Assembly (NCBI GenBank): GCA_047967505.1 | Contig: CM106538.1 | Direction: 5' to 3' (one strand) | DNA: 64,000 nt | Source: Dipteris shenzhenensis | Taxonomy: Eukaryota | Shown here: in pieces, positions 51,170 through 64,000 of the stretch | How the letters are laid out: every line of letters starts with the position of its first letter | Position numbering within the stretch: the first letter of the stretch is position 1 | The notes under the pieces: model-generated | The model's input: only the letters and a program-made list of their open reading frames with translations | Databases searched by the model: none | Told to the model about the DNA's origin: nothing | Position numbers and translations under genes: made by a program

Positions 51170-54100
51170 GTCAATCTTCCTCGACCGCAAGTTGGACCAC
51201 AACCACGCATCCAAAACCTGGAGCGCACATCCTGGGGCACTCTCTGGGTCACCCAATGTCTCTCTCTCGAGGGGGTCCAACTCGACGAGTCCATCTGAAG
51301 CCTCCTGCCAATTCGTGTGGTGTAGGAAAAGAAGGGCACCTCGTCCACTGTCTCAGCTAGGCCACCCCTGGAGGGTCAGAACCACTCCCCCGGATCCCAC
51401 TAGACCTCCGTCAGGGGTCTACCCTCCCACAGCCAAAGTCGCCATCTAGAGGCGTCCTACTATGAGATACTTGGAGGGTCAATGTGCCACTCCTTCCCCA
51501 AACGTCCCACCACTCTTATCATCTACCAGTGAATCCTATCAAGGCTCCCATCCATCTCAAGGTTACTCTCAATAAGTGGATGAAGTAGGCCTCTAGGTCC
51601 TACAACGAAGAATCCGGGGTGCGTGCTGCCGTGCTGCATCAACATCCTCAAGGGAACACTAGTATGGGAAAACTACCCCAACCATTTGCTGTCTCTCCAA
51701 ATGTGAAGTCCTTCCCACCAGGACTCAGGAATGGCTAAGTCAATCTCACCGATCCACTGCCCTGCCTCCCGTAAATGTGCTAGGACGTCAATCCTCGCCT
51801 CTGTCTCCATAGGTACTTTGCTCCAACGACCAAAAGACCCTGCTGGACCACTGTCCCACTGTGCCCAACCAATGTGAGTCCACTGTCTGAGCATACGTCC
51901 CTCTTGATCTCTGACCTTTGGGTACCACATAAGGGGCTGGCACTCAAACTCCTCTCTGCATCTGGGCAGAGCACAGATGAGACCCCCTGCTAGTCTCTAC
52001 CAAACCTTGTGAAGACTCCTCATCAGGGGGGAGCCCTTCCTCGTAAGGGGGGCCTCTGAAAAGATCCATCTATGTGAAGGTTGCCACTGTCCCCCAGTGC
52101 ATGGGGTGTTCCTCAGAAGCACTCACTGTAAGAGGAGCTTCCAAGGCTCTGCACCTGGGGTGAGGCCACGAACCACCAACTTGCCCAGAAGGGCCCTGCT
52201 CTGCATCTTCGGATCAATGATACCCAAGCCTCCCAGTGCCTATGGCATGATCACCGTCTGCCAAGCTACTTCGGCCCTAGTGTTCCTCATGCCGTTTGAA
52301 CCTGCCTAGAGGAAGTTCTGTACCAACCGTCGGAGTCGCCTAATGCATCCTCTGTGAAAGCACCAACAGGAGGCAATATACCAAGCCATGGCAAGAAGGA
52401 CCTGGTTTGCCACTAAGGTGCAACCTGCTAGGGAGAGTTTGGCCAAGCTCCAATAGAGAAGCTTGCGCCAAACACTCTCAAGGACCGAGGCAATCTGCTG
52501 CTCTTCTGTGATGTCAATACCCACTTGGCATCTGAGGTATCTCACTGTCTAGCCTCATAGTATCCATCTGAAGCCAAAGTCACTCCCCCACTCCTGGATC
52601 TCCTGTGTCTCCTCAATGCTCGTGAAGAAGCCTATGGATTTCATCCAGTTGATCCGTGCCCCCGAGGCCTCACAATAGATAGCCAGGGCATCTTTGACTC
52701 TCTCTAGACTCGCTGTGGTGCCCTCAACATACAAGGCCGTGTCATCTGCAAACTCTGAGTCAAGGAGCTCCTTCTCCTGTCTAATTGGGAGCCTCAATTG
52801 ACCCTGTGAGACCCACTACTTGTGATCTCAGATAGTAGCCCAGAGCCTCCTCCATAAACAAGAAGAGGAAGGGAGCTAGTGGGTAGCCTTGGCGGACTGA
52901 GTGAGAGAGGAATCGCCTATGTGTCCTCCGATAAGCATCTGACTAGAGCTCCTTGCATATAGCACTGAAAATCCTCTAACCCATCTGTCTAAGAAACCCA
53001 ATCTCCTCATAGTGCCCTCCAAGAAAGACCACTCCACTCGGTCGTAGGCCTTCTCGAAATCCAAGAGAAGGATGGCCAGCGGCTATGACTCCTCCCTAGA
53101 CCAATCCACTGCCTCCCAGAATGTGAAGATGTTGTCTAGGATGCTGCGCTCCTAGGGGCAAACCTAGTCTGTGTGTCATGGATGATGTCGGTAAGATGGG
53201 GCCGTAACTGCAAACTCAAGACCTTGGTGAGGATATTGTATGCAGTATCAAGCAGAGTACGGCCTCCACTGCCAGATATCTAACCTATCTCCCCCTTTCG
53301 GGATCAAACAAATCCAACCCCTGCTCAAGGATTGAGGGAGAAGGCATGTGTCAAAAATCTCCTAGCAAGCTAACCGAAAAGGATGGAGATAATCTCCCAG
53401 AAGTTCAGGAAGAAGGCCGGAGTCAAGCCATCCTTACCCAGGCACTTCTGGGTCGGGAGAGCCTTGAGGGCTTCCCAGAGTTCCTCATCTGTGAAAGGTT
53501 TCTCAAGTATGCTGCATAAGTCTTGCGAGACTACTGTTGGAACGTGATCCCAAACTAGCTCTTGCCACAAGACTAGCTAGGGTCATCCTCTCCGTCTGAA
53601 AGAGTTGGCTATAAAAACCAGTGGTCATGTCAAGAACTCCTGCGGGTCAGTGTGCATGATACCCATGCGAGTCTTAGAGATGCTATAGTTGTGTGCTTGT
53701 CGATCAGGGCCCAGTGCTATGAAAGAACTACTTCGTCATCCTGCCTCGCTGCTACACCCAACGGGCCCGAGAGGAGTGATAGGAGAACTCAGCCCGCCTC
53801 AGCTTTGTGTCTTGAAGCTCGAGACGAGCGCTCTCAAATCTGTCACTAAGCCACTGAGAAGCTGGTTCCTGCTCCCTGAGCCTCTTGATGGAGGTGAGGT
53901 CTCTCCTCAAAGCCTGCTCACGCTCTTGAAGGGTCCTCCTTCACCTAAGGACGTGAGCCTGTAGCTCCTCACTACTCCTTTGAATTGCATCGGCCACCCA
54001 TGCAACCCAGCCCTCACATGGTGCCATCTCTGACTGCTCCCAAATCCTTGCCATGACCTACTGGGTCTCCTCATCTTGCAGGAGGTCCTCTAAAATGCGG

Positions 54101-56100
54101 ATCCCATTCTGGGGGAGACCTCGGCGGATATGATCCAAGTGAAGTACCACTAGAGAGTTGTTTGACATCATGGTACCTGCCAGAATCTTGGTAGATCTAC
54201 CTCTGTGTAGTGCCAAGTCCCCAACATAGAAGCGTCTAATCTCTCTAGCAATCCATTGTTCTCCTCTCTCCAAAGGAGAAGAGAAGGCTGCCACGAGTCC
54301 TGCTGAACTCTAGCTCTCTCCACGGGTCTCTGCCACTGATCATGAAAATGAACTGCTCCCAGGTGCTACACTTTGCTGCTGGCATCTTAGAGAACGAGGC
54401 GCCGCCTTGCTTGTCTTCCCCAAACTCCAGGTTATTAAAATCACCTCCAACAATCCAGGAGTCAATGTCCGAAAGACACTCTCACAGCCTCCTCCAAAAG
54501 GCCGGGCGGTGCTATCTACACATTGGGGCATACACATTAAGATCTAGTCCCTGTGGTCCCATTCACTCATCCATCATGAGTGTAATCTAGTTACCCAAAA
54601 TAGCATTAAACACCTCCGGGGATCACTTCTCCAACCTTGTGGAGGCAAATGGAAATCTCCGAATGGGGTGTGTCTGAGATCCCACTGCATTGATTAAACC
54701 CCCCTTCCGGGGCTGAAGGACCATGAGCGTTATAGGGTATGAGTCTGGAATCTCGAGATAGTTCCAGGGTCCTAACCTCCAGAAGTCTCATGTTAAGGGA
54801 CGCCCGGGTTGGAGGTTGGGAGCTGCTGACCGGGAGGACGAGCCTTGTCCCTCAGGATCCCTCTCTGATTGGACCTGCAGCTGTGATGAGGAAGCAAAAG
54901 GGGGCGTCATCGTTCCCTTGCCTGATGGTAGGGGTGACGAAGCAGAAGAAGCTATTGCTGAAGTGGAGGGGCAGGCGATAAGAGAGGGAGGGGCAGGGAT
55001 GCGGGGGACAGAGGGAGGGGGGCGGGTGGTGAGAGTGACCATAGAAGGGGGGGTTGAGGGGGGGGGGGGAACCCTGGAGGGGGAGGGGGAAGTGAAGAGG
55101 AGGAGGGGGAGGGGTTTGGGGGTGGAGGGGGAGGGGGAGGAGGAGGGAAGAGGACAATCTCAGGCCCCCCTGTGGATTAGGCTCGCTGGGGCTCTAGATC
55201 GGCTCCTCCGTGGCCCTCGTCGGGCTAGCATCTGCAGCATCCACCATCGCCGCATCTGGAGCTCGCTCCTACTACAAGGGTGGGTGCGGAGGTTGAACCT
55301 CCGAAGCTGGAGGATCGGCTAGATGGGCAGAGGCCCCTACCGCTGGAGGGGGTGGCTCCTATTGTTCCTCCTTCGAGGCCTCTCAGTCAACCCTGTCCCT
55401 CTCTTTGTGATTGGCCCTCTGCCTGCGGCATTTACGGATTTGGGTGCTTGGTTTCTTTTTCTTTTTTACCTATGTCCAGTTCCCTTCTGAGGGGGTAAAC
55501 CATGGGGTTTGAGACTCCTGCTGCTCTTGCCTAAGAGGGCGCTGGAACTCGGGCCTGCTGACTCTGCCTACTTTGTGGAGGAGGCGGGGAGGCGCACGAG
55601 GGAGGCCACAGGGGAAATCTCTGGCGAGGTGACCCATCTGTCTGCACGACACTGGCCTGGTAACCTGGAGATCTCCACCCTCTGGCGAAGTGTGCCCCCT
55701 TCCAGGGTCTCGAGAAGGATCAACTCTGGGAGGGACTTTGGGTTCTCAACCACCAGCCTGATCCTGGGGACTCCATCATCTGTTAGAACTGAGGCGGTCG
55801 ACTCTGGCAGGGACTCGAGCACTGTGCCAAATGCCCAATCAATGGAAGAATGGCATGATACTCCTTGGGGAGTCTTGGGAAACATGGTGTGATCGAAAAA
55901 CATGGAACAGGATGTGTCGTATCCATGTCCTTCGTTGTGAACCCATGATACCAAGGAAAGAGGTAGACAAGACGCGGGCCAAGGAGGATGGGGCTCTAAT
56001 CCACAAGTGTCGAGGCAGTGTTGGGAGCTTGTATTTAGAATTTGTGCATACAATAATCAAGACCAAAGTCAACCATTTGGTCTTTTATACATGTCACCTT
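51170..56100 (-). mobile_element. Nearly full-length decayed L1-clade LINE (ORF1 + EN-RT), 3' end missing
   Basis: ORF1 end with PRIRLVVE...RLPGQC/SCRQMGHLARDFP knuckle. EN region with NVYAP and WIVGGDFN (54430-54540). RT with GKDGLTPAFFLNFW, DFEKAYDRVEWSFL, EFADDTAL, RYLRCQVG. C-terminal WDPGEW...PFFSYTT. Confidence 0.88.
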
Positions 56101-56719
56101 TTGAAGGGAGGGCCAACCCTTTTCCTTTTAGCACTCTCCCTTTCTTTACTTTTTTAAAGGCTCTTGGGCTCGTAGGTTGCCAAGGCATCTTTGCTATCCT
56201 TTCCATCTCTCCCCTACTGTTCCACTCCTTGTGTGTCAGAAATAGCACTTATGTTAACCATATAAGAGCACTTGGGACAATTTCGGAATTAGGAGGTGCT
56301 CTTACCAAAACTTTTGGGAAAAACCTGGCATTAGGAGATGCTCCTATAACCGAGTCCCAAATAGCGCTTGTGTTAGCCTCGTGCCTCCAAGCCCTAAGCT
56401 ATTTAGGACTCAAACCCCCTGTATGAGGCTCAAAACCTGAAGTGGCGAGGCCGATCTTGGGCTACTTGCGGCTTGACCCTCGTGAGGCAAATAAGTGCAC
56501 TAACCACATTTTGTGGCGATTTGCAGCCGGAACCTATGACCCTGTGGACTATTGGGCATATTTGGGGCTCAAACTCCCTGAGCTTGTATTGTACTCCTTC
56601 CATGGCTGCAATCGTTGAAGTAAATCATGAAGCCTAATCACCTCTAATCACTAGTTATCCTGCATTCTGTGACTGTACTATGTGGATGTTAACACCCTCC
56701 ATGACACCAGGAAATCTAG

Positions 56720-57707
56720 AAGCCTCTACAAGAAGGGCCTACAGTGATGGAAGGACCTTTGGAACCAAAGCAAGGCGGATTGGAAGACTCTCAAAGAAAT
56801 CAAGAGGGAGGTGCGCATGATGGAAGGGGAAGTTGATCTATTCAGGGCTATGCTGGAAAGAACTTCGGATAGCTGGCCATTGAATACTGTGGTGTCTGCT
56901 GAAGCGAAGGAATAGCAATGGATGGTGGGGAAAACTAAAATTGATAAGCTCACCTCTAGAACCCTATACCGAAAGCTGGCAGGTGGACATAGCCCTGTGA
57001 TGGGGTTGAACAGGCGATGGGGATTGAGACGCAGCCCAGCATGGTGGAAGGCCAGGCTGCAGAGTGTGTGGAAAGGGTGCGCCTACGGAAAGGCAAAGTT
57101 CCTACTCTAGTAGTTATAAATCAATGGTTGCCGGTGAGGGCGAAGCTTGCAAAGAGAATTCAGATTAGCCCTGTTTGTCCCATTTGTGGTAAGATGCTAG
57201 AGGATCTCATACATCTTTTCAGGAAGTGCCTGGTGAAGGAAGTTTGGAGGAAGCTGGAGCGGCAGTGAAGAGTGCCGGGTTGATGAGCAAGTTCTCCTTG
57301 GGCTCCAATTGGGTGCTCCCCCTCTTCAAAGACACGTGGAAGCTTCCCACCACATTAACAGTGGCTACGTGTTCGTATCTAAGGGTGGCGACACTCATGA
57401 CTATCTGGGAGGTCAGAAATAGGCTGGCCTTCCAACATGGTGTCCAATTGGGCTTCAGGGCCCCAATAATTCTTGCTCTAATGAAATCATACCTTCAAGA
57501 CTTTGGGAGGATCGTTAGTAAAGACAGCCTTGTGATTAGCCAAGCTATCCTTGATGTAGTTAGGAACTTGTGGGTAGAGTAGGCTGGCTGTGCGCAGCAT
57601 GGGCCCTAGGTAATATCCCTTCTTGGTAAGGGCCAAATTTTGTAGGGTTGGCTAACCCCCCCTTTTTTTTACTAATATATCATGACCTTTTTCCAAAGAA
57701 AAAAAAA
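56720..57707 (+). mobile_element. 5'-truncated L1-type LINE 3' end with A-rich tail
   Basis: WWKARLQSVW...KAKFLL*...WLPV...CPICGKMLEDLIHLFRKC..KEVW (zf-RVT-like) and TIWEVRNRLAF. Followed by aaagaaaaaaaaa at 57695-57707. Confidence 0.8.
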
Positions 57708-60700
57708 CATTGTGCTCTTGCTAATGCTAGGATTAAGTGTATACTACCCATGGATTGTGGAGGGCAAGTAGGCCCCTTTTTGTTGTTGATTTATGGTGTG
57801 TACAATAGGGTAACTTCCTTGGCAATGGCTATTCTTACTAGCTCTCAAATAAATCAAGAATGTACACTCCTACTAATTTCCTTGCTACCCATTTATTCAA
57901 TGAGTATGATAGCTTGTGGCCTTCCATCAATCATGTCTTTCAAATAAGTGGTCTTTATGAAACCTAGAACAAGTGTGACCTCATTGTCAAGGAAAAAATC
58001 TTGTCACAAGTTTCGCCTTTATTGACTATGGCAATGTATGTGTCTATGTAAATGAACATGTCCATACCATAAGGTAGGTTCGTATTTAAATACCTTATCT
58101 GAAAGTACTATAAATGACACTTGATATGAAGTATAAGAATAGACATGTAGGAACTTGTTCATATAGATTGATGAGATGAGTAAGTAAAAGAATCATGCCA
58201 CATTGTAATGAGAGTGTTTATCTTTGATGGGTTCATCATGCAAGGAGCGAAAAGAGCACATGAAGATCAATTTGCAAGGTGTGTATCATGGCTCACTATG
58301 TATTGTATGATAAGATAACATACATTTTGTTGTATTTTTTTAATGCTAGGTTACAATGTCATGTACATTCTTTTTATGAGTTATATAAGCCACGATTTGA
58401 AAACAAGGTGCATTGCTTGTGCATAGTTCCTCTTACAACTTCAACTAACTCATTCATGCTAAAATATTTGGGGTAGCTTTAGGGTGACATTTATTTAAAA
58501 TATTTTCTTTTGGAATCATTATTCATAAAAGTCTTTAAACGAAATGAGTCAAGTGCAAGGCTTAGGTCATGCAAACACAATAGTATAATTATAAGTTAAT
58601 GTGAAAGATTCACTTATCCATCAAACACCTTAATGTAACCACAAAATTCAAAGGACAATTTCAAAAAAGAAAATACGGTAATTACATTTTTCAATACATA
58701 CTAATGAAAAGAAAATGGTAATGCATAGAAGAGGTAACATAGTGATGGTTGATTTAGGTGAACTAATAAGTTTTGAAGTCATGGAAGGTTCATTGTAGAT
58801 ATGAGGTATGACTTGATGCTGTTGAAACTTTAACTTGTGAATCATGACTAGATGCTTTAAAGAAAAACCTTAACATGAATGGGCGTAATAAGCCAAAGCT
58901 TAAAGATATGATTATATGAATTGTATGTATGCCTATTTATGTAATAGGTGGTCCATGATTAAATATCTTAGATGGTCTTATGGAGGCTTCCACCTTATGC
59001 ACGATAGCCTTTTGGAGTGTCTCTTTTATAGCATGATGCCTTTCACCTTTTAAAAGAGTGTACATATAAGTACGTTGTACTCAAAGCCATTGACTTTGTG
59101 TGTCTTAGTATGATAGACCTATCATGGAACAAATATTCTTTACATATACGAGCATAGTTTGCATATCCAAGTCTAGCATAATTTGTTGCTACTAAGAAAA
59201 GGGCTACTCACTCTTTATGTTGTATGTGTGCATCAAAAGGAAGCCTCCTTTGAGAGGGCATGGGACCCTTTACAAGAAAAAAGAAAAAATCAATTTGATT
59301 GAGCCTTACATCGAGCATGTTAACTCTACTAGTTTATGAACAATCCTCGTTTTCATTTCACTTTCTTTCTGGCAATATAAGGCATTGCTATGAATGTATG
59401 GCATGAGAGGTTGTGGGATAAAAGACTACATTAATGTAGCTTTGCAGAGGGAACAGTGAGGATAGGAGCTTGTTTATTAGGACGCTAGAGGTAAGTGGGG
59501 GATGAGAGCAAGTTTGATTAAGTGATAGCAAGGGGTAGGTAGTGAGTAGTAGGAGTTAAGTAGGCCCAACAAAAATGACTAAACACAAGTGAAAGAAAGA
59601 GTAGGAATGCTGACAAGGGGTACCTTTCACTCAATAGATCACTTGCTCTTGTGCTATGGAGAAGGCCACTGAAGGCAATACTAGCATTACAGTCCTTGCA
59701 TATGAGTATGTTTGTACACAAAGCATGTTTCCCAAAGCAACTTCTATGTCAGAACGTGTTTGAAGATTAATGGATCATGATATATATAGAGAGAGCTTTG
59801 TGGTGATAACTCCTAGATCTTTGGCAACGTAGGATAGAAACACATTAGTAGGACGAATTGTTTAGTATTATATTGATGGAGAAAATTTTGATGCAACATT
59901 ATTCAATAAGCTTCTTAGGGAAACCATTGATTCAACCCCCTTGCATTGTTTGAGTTATGGAAGGAGCTCTTTTAGGGAGGATTAGAAAGAGCAAGAAAGT
60001 TTGTAAATTTTTTTCATTTAATATTTTGATGTTTTGATTTAAGGAAATGATAATGGTATGCCAAGCTTACGTTTTATTTTTTGCATTGAAATGTATGTTC
60101 CATGCATTTTCCTTTAGGCTAGAGGAGTGTTGATGGGAGACTTAGAAGACCTATGGTTCCATGCATTTAGTTTAGGCCTGTGGAGTGTTCAAGAGGGTTC
60201 ATGGGAGATTTAGAACTTGTTTAATCAATTCCACTGGTCGCGCGTGGATGACCAAAGGCCAAGAGCGGGAGTAGAGGATAGCATTAGACATCAATGTTCA
60301 ACGATGTGTAAGGAGACCTAGCCTAGCTAGATGATCTACGAAGGTTTCGAACTAATTCACTCCTCTATCCCCTCATTCTGCCCAACTCTTGACGTGGAGG
60401 TTGACTAATATTTTAAGTGCCAAGTGTAAGACTAACACAAACTTGTTTTAACTCTTTTTTAAAGAGTGACACAAAGGCAGATACACACATGTTGGATGTA
60501 GTAGCAACGGGCGCTGCTCTTCCCCTGCTCTTTTAGACACAGGTGGACATTGTAGCAGAGTTGATTGGATGAAAATGAGATGGGGCCCTCGATGTTTTCA
60601 CAAATTTGCTCTTTGTTTGCACCATGGGCAACGTAGTAATGGCCGGCGAAAATAAATCGAGCGGATGGGTGAGCTCTTTTCCACCGACGAATGATACGAG

Positions 60701-61324
60701 AGCTTCTTGCACTGCTAAACATGTGTGTATCCCACCAAACCAGTGTTCACAGAATACCTACAAACTATATACAATGAAGTTGCACCATTTACATTTCCTG
60801 AAAAAATACCTTCCCAAATTTGTAAACCTCCAAAATTCTAGGCAATTTAGTTCTATTTCATATGCAATTTTCTCAAGAAAAACCTTCAAAATTTGAAACC
60901 TCAAATTTTGTGATGTGTTGAGAGAAATGTTCTCTTAAGAGTGTGCCGGACATAGAACGTGCAAGTGAGAAGCCTGAGAGAACCATGTTTTTGAAAGACC
61001 AGAGACCGGAGACCCTCCATGAACTTATGAGCATTTTTGCCCTAGAGACAAAAACGCCCGCGGTTTGATTGATTTTTGGGATGTGTGAAAAAAGTGTGAC
61101 CCCAGAAAGTCCAGCTGGAGATTTTCAACGTGCCCGCAAGCCATTGGCGGGAAGCGAGCTGTCGTGGCAAGTGGCACTATGTTGGCGTGACGCGCTCTAC
61201 GTTGGGATTAAAAAATTCCACTGAAATCCAAAACAATCGGCCGGCCCAAACAGAAGCTTCCACGCAATCAGGCCAAACTCTAATCATGGACGTAACGTCC
61301 AGCGCAGTTGACGCGTCTGATGAC

Positions 61325-61495
61325 AGGAAGTGACGTGGTCCGGTGGAGCCGAAGCACATGGGTGCCGGCAGTACAGGCTGGCAGGGTAGGTGGGACACAA
61401 TGGACAGTGCGAAAGGGCGTAAGAGTTGTAAGTCCGGGGAAGTGAGGCCGTTAGGACATCGTCTCTCTCGTTGGCCAACCCATATATATTTTTGA
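61325..61495 (+). promoter_or_regulatory. Probable core promoter of the DUF1685 gene
   Basis: TGACGTGG (bZIP/ACGT-type element) at 61331-61338 and TATATAT at 61483-61489, in a CpG-retaining region, followed by a CT-rich leader. Confidence 0.45.
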
Positions 61496-61872
61496 CAACG
61501 TAACTGTGAAGAGCTTTGTTTCTTAGGACGTCCCCTGAATGCCCCTCGCTGGGGGCTGGGGCTTGGCTCCCTGCTCTCTCTCCGCCATAGCTGGCTTCTA
61601 CGATCACTGCTCTCTCTTCTCTCTCCTTGTTTTCGTTGTATCATACTTCTCAGCCAATGTTGTAGCTCTCTATCGTCTGCTTTCGTTGTAGCTAACTGCT
61701 CTTTCCTCTCCAATTGTTGTTTATCATTCCTCTCATCAGAGCCCATTTTTTAGCTCTCTCTCACAATCTCTCAGGCTCCCTTCTCATCGCAACTAGAAGA
61801 TGTTCTAGAACGCTTTTCTAGCCTCCGTATCACTCTCTGTTGAGGCTCCCTTTCTCCCTGTCTATTCCGGGA

Positions 61873-62848
61873 ATGAAAGAGAAGCCAGTGCATTCTCCCG
61901 TGACTTTCCCCTCGGAGGTCATTAAGGACTCGCTCCTCTTGCCTCCTTTCTCCAGTAGGAAACGGGTTTTGTCGAAATGTGAGCCGCTCCCTGACCGTAG
62001 CGTAAGCTTCGAAGATAAAGAGTTGAAGGATGTATGCTCATTACTGGAAGACGACTCCCTGGTAGAGATCGTGGCGGCAACCGAAGTGTCTAAGCCCTTT
62101 GCTGGATTTGGATCGTACCGGCTGAGGTATGGCAATGCCCAAGATAATGCACATCGAGCCAGAGCTCGTAACATTATGGGAGGTGGCCGTAACGGATGGT
62201 CGTGCGAGGCACCGGCCAAGCTTGGAACTGGTGATAGAAGCCAACGGAATTTGTCCCCGGAAAGACTCGAAGGGAACAAGTCGGGAAGGACAATGCATTC
62301 GTCCCTAACCCATATGCGGTCTGTATCTGCATCTTGTCCCATGAACGTTAACAGAGAGCAACCATATCTGATGGATGCAAAGGTTCACCGCAGGCTGCAG
62401 AAACAACGCTCTTTCTCGACGGATCTTGATCGAGACGAAGCGTGGGAACGGAAGAAAGACTTGTTTGCTGTGGACGAGTTTGGAGTATCGCACGAGTTGA
62501 AACCCAGGGCCGTTGGAAGGAGCGTCTCTGATTGTGGACACAGGGCCTCGTCTGGACATTTTGGTGAGTCTAGGCCCATAACCAGAACTCGGAGTTTGAC
62601 GGACGAGGATCTAGAGGAGTTAAGAGGCTGCATCGATCTGGGTTTTGGGTTTAGCTACGATGAAAGTTGTGATTTGAGGGGCACGCTTCCCGCTTTGGAC
62701 CTCTACTATGCCATCAATCGGCAGTATGTTGATATCACAAGCCGCTCTTCACCAGCATCTCCTTATGACGGAGTTCTACTGGAACGGACATCCAGCGGGG
62801 GTAGCCCTCGCAGCCCCCTCAGCGATGCTTGGAGAGTCTCTAGTCCTG
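61873..62848 (+). CDS. DUF1685-family plant protein, exon 1
   Basis: First in-frame ATG at 61873. Contains RSLTDEDLEELRGCIDLGFGF...LRGTLPALDLYYA...WRVSSP. Phase-1 donor GTATGT at 62849. Confidence 0.9.
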
Positions 62849-62889
<41 letters not shown>

Positions 62890-62963
62890 TGGCTGATCTA
62901 TACAAATTTTCTCCGAGTGCCCTGTATGCCTTGCTTGATAGCCATTTATGCCTATGGTTGCAG

Positions 62964-63043
62964 GTGACCACCCTAGTCAAGTGAAAACGAGACTTCGACA
63001 CTGGGCTCAGGCGGTAGCATGCTCCCTGAAGCAGGGGTTATAG
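62964..63043 (+). CDS. DUF1685-family plant protein, exon 2 (spliced product 351 aa)
   Basis: TTGCAG acceptor ends at 62963. Splicing restores SSPGDHPSQVKTRLRHWAQAVACSLKQGL*, the conserved family C-terminus. TAG at 63041-63043. Confidence 0.92.
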
Positions 63044-63410
63044 TGTGCACGAAATTACCTTTGATTCATGGTTTGAAAGGGAGATTCATGGTTCGAAAGG
63101 GAGACGCGTCGGATTAGCCCTTCCTTTGTGAATACGTAGCCTATGTGACATCAAGAATGACTTTCTTCCTACTCTGGTTCATTTTTACTGGCGTTAACTG
63201 TCGCTGTACCTTGTCGTGGACTATCGTTTCATCCTTTCGCAAGGCTGGTGATCAGAAATTGCAGTCACCTTACATCTATAAATCTGGAGCTGACTTCTGA
63301 CATGGAGTTACACTACTGGAACACTTGAATCGAACAGCACGGCAGTTCAGTGTGCTCCTCTGTCGCTAACGCTGAATGCTAATCATTCTTTGGACGTGTA
63401 TCTGTATGAA

Positions 63411-64000
63411 GAATGTTAAGGTGATGGGATCCACTAAGTTCGAATTTTGATTTGACATTTTAACTATAATTGAAGTTTTTATTTCTCTTCATTTCTACAT
63501 TTGTGGGAGACGTTGAAATGTGGAAGCTTAAGAAAATTTTATAGATGATATCTCATGGGACGCTTGACTAATGAAAGTTGGAACTTGTTGCTATTCTGAG
63601 ATTGTATCTCTCTGCCTACAGTATATTGAAAATCGGTATGGGTATCTAACTCATCCTAAAGGTTGGTCTCCATGATGTAATGGATTAGGAAGAACAACTT
63701 TTTCCCGGAGGGCGGTGCTACATAGGAAAGAGAGAAACGTAGTAAGCATGTTGTGGAACACGTTATTCAAGTAGAAAGACTTCTCGCATAAGAGAAGTTT
63801 GTATCTCTGCAATCTGATGGAAGTGCCAACTAGATTACTGACTTGGATCAATGAACTAGCTTCTTCAATTGGGTTGTTAGAATGTAAAGGTGATAGGATC
63901 CACTAAGTTAAAATTTTGATTTAAAATTTGACTAAGTTTTTATTTCTCTTCATTTCTACATTTTTGGGAGACGTTGAAATGCAGGAAGCTTAAGAAAAAT
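63411..64000. repeat. ~125-bp direct repeat pair, ~470-bp spacing; second copy runs to the window end
   Basis: gaatgt(t/a)aaggtgat..gatccactaagtt...gaagcttaagaaaa at 63411-63537 and 63880-64000. Confidence 0.85.

Noticed and set aside
51170-57707. One L1 with a 5' inversion (minus-strand body plus plus-strand 3' end)
   Set aside because: The two pieces overlap in the pre-zf-RVT region but have dissimilar sequences there, so they are separate families or insertions.
60459-60765. Possible minus-strand exon with splice-like ends
   Set aside because: No recognisable protein in any frame and no partner exons.
61177-62633. Minus-strand ORFs overlapping the DUF1685 gene and its leader
   Set aside because: Antisense shadows of CT-rich or coding sequence with no recognisable domains.
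62849-62967. ORF-track C-terminus MYSLSLSLS... of the 375-aa ORF
   Set aside because: Read-through into a GT-AG intron with a (CT)n run; splicing restores the conserved C-terminus.

Overview
Repeat-dense land-plant nuclear DNA; the style suggests a large-genome plant such as a fern, but that is only an impression. Two host genes are supported, both on the + strand: the long terminal exon of a P-class PPR gene (10562-11803; upstream exon not found in the window) and a complete two-exon DUF1685-family gene (61873-63043). Most of the rest is nested, decayed mobile DNA: RTE-like and L1-like LINE pieces, Ty3/Gypsy remnants (one block duplicated), a Pif1/Helitron-type helicase fragment, a ~3 kb tandem duplication, and a structurally complete but disabled Ty1/Copia element (36151-41662, TSD GGGGT). 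The most notable object is a young, structurally intact 2.3 kb non-autonomous LTR element (33638-35961). It has 288-bp LTRs with 5 differences, a tRNA-iMet PBS, a PPT and TSD GGTTC. Instead of gag-pol it carries an uninterrupted ~143-codon piece of an HIR4-like (SPFH/band-7) defence gene. All protein assignments are by motif recognition; no searches were run. Boundaries of degenerate elements are approximate.
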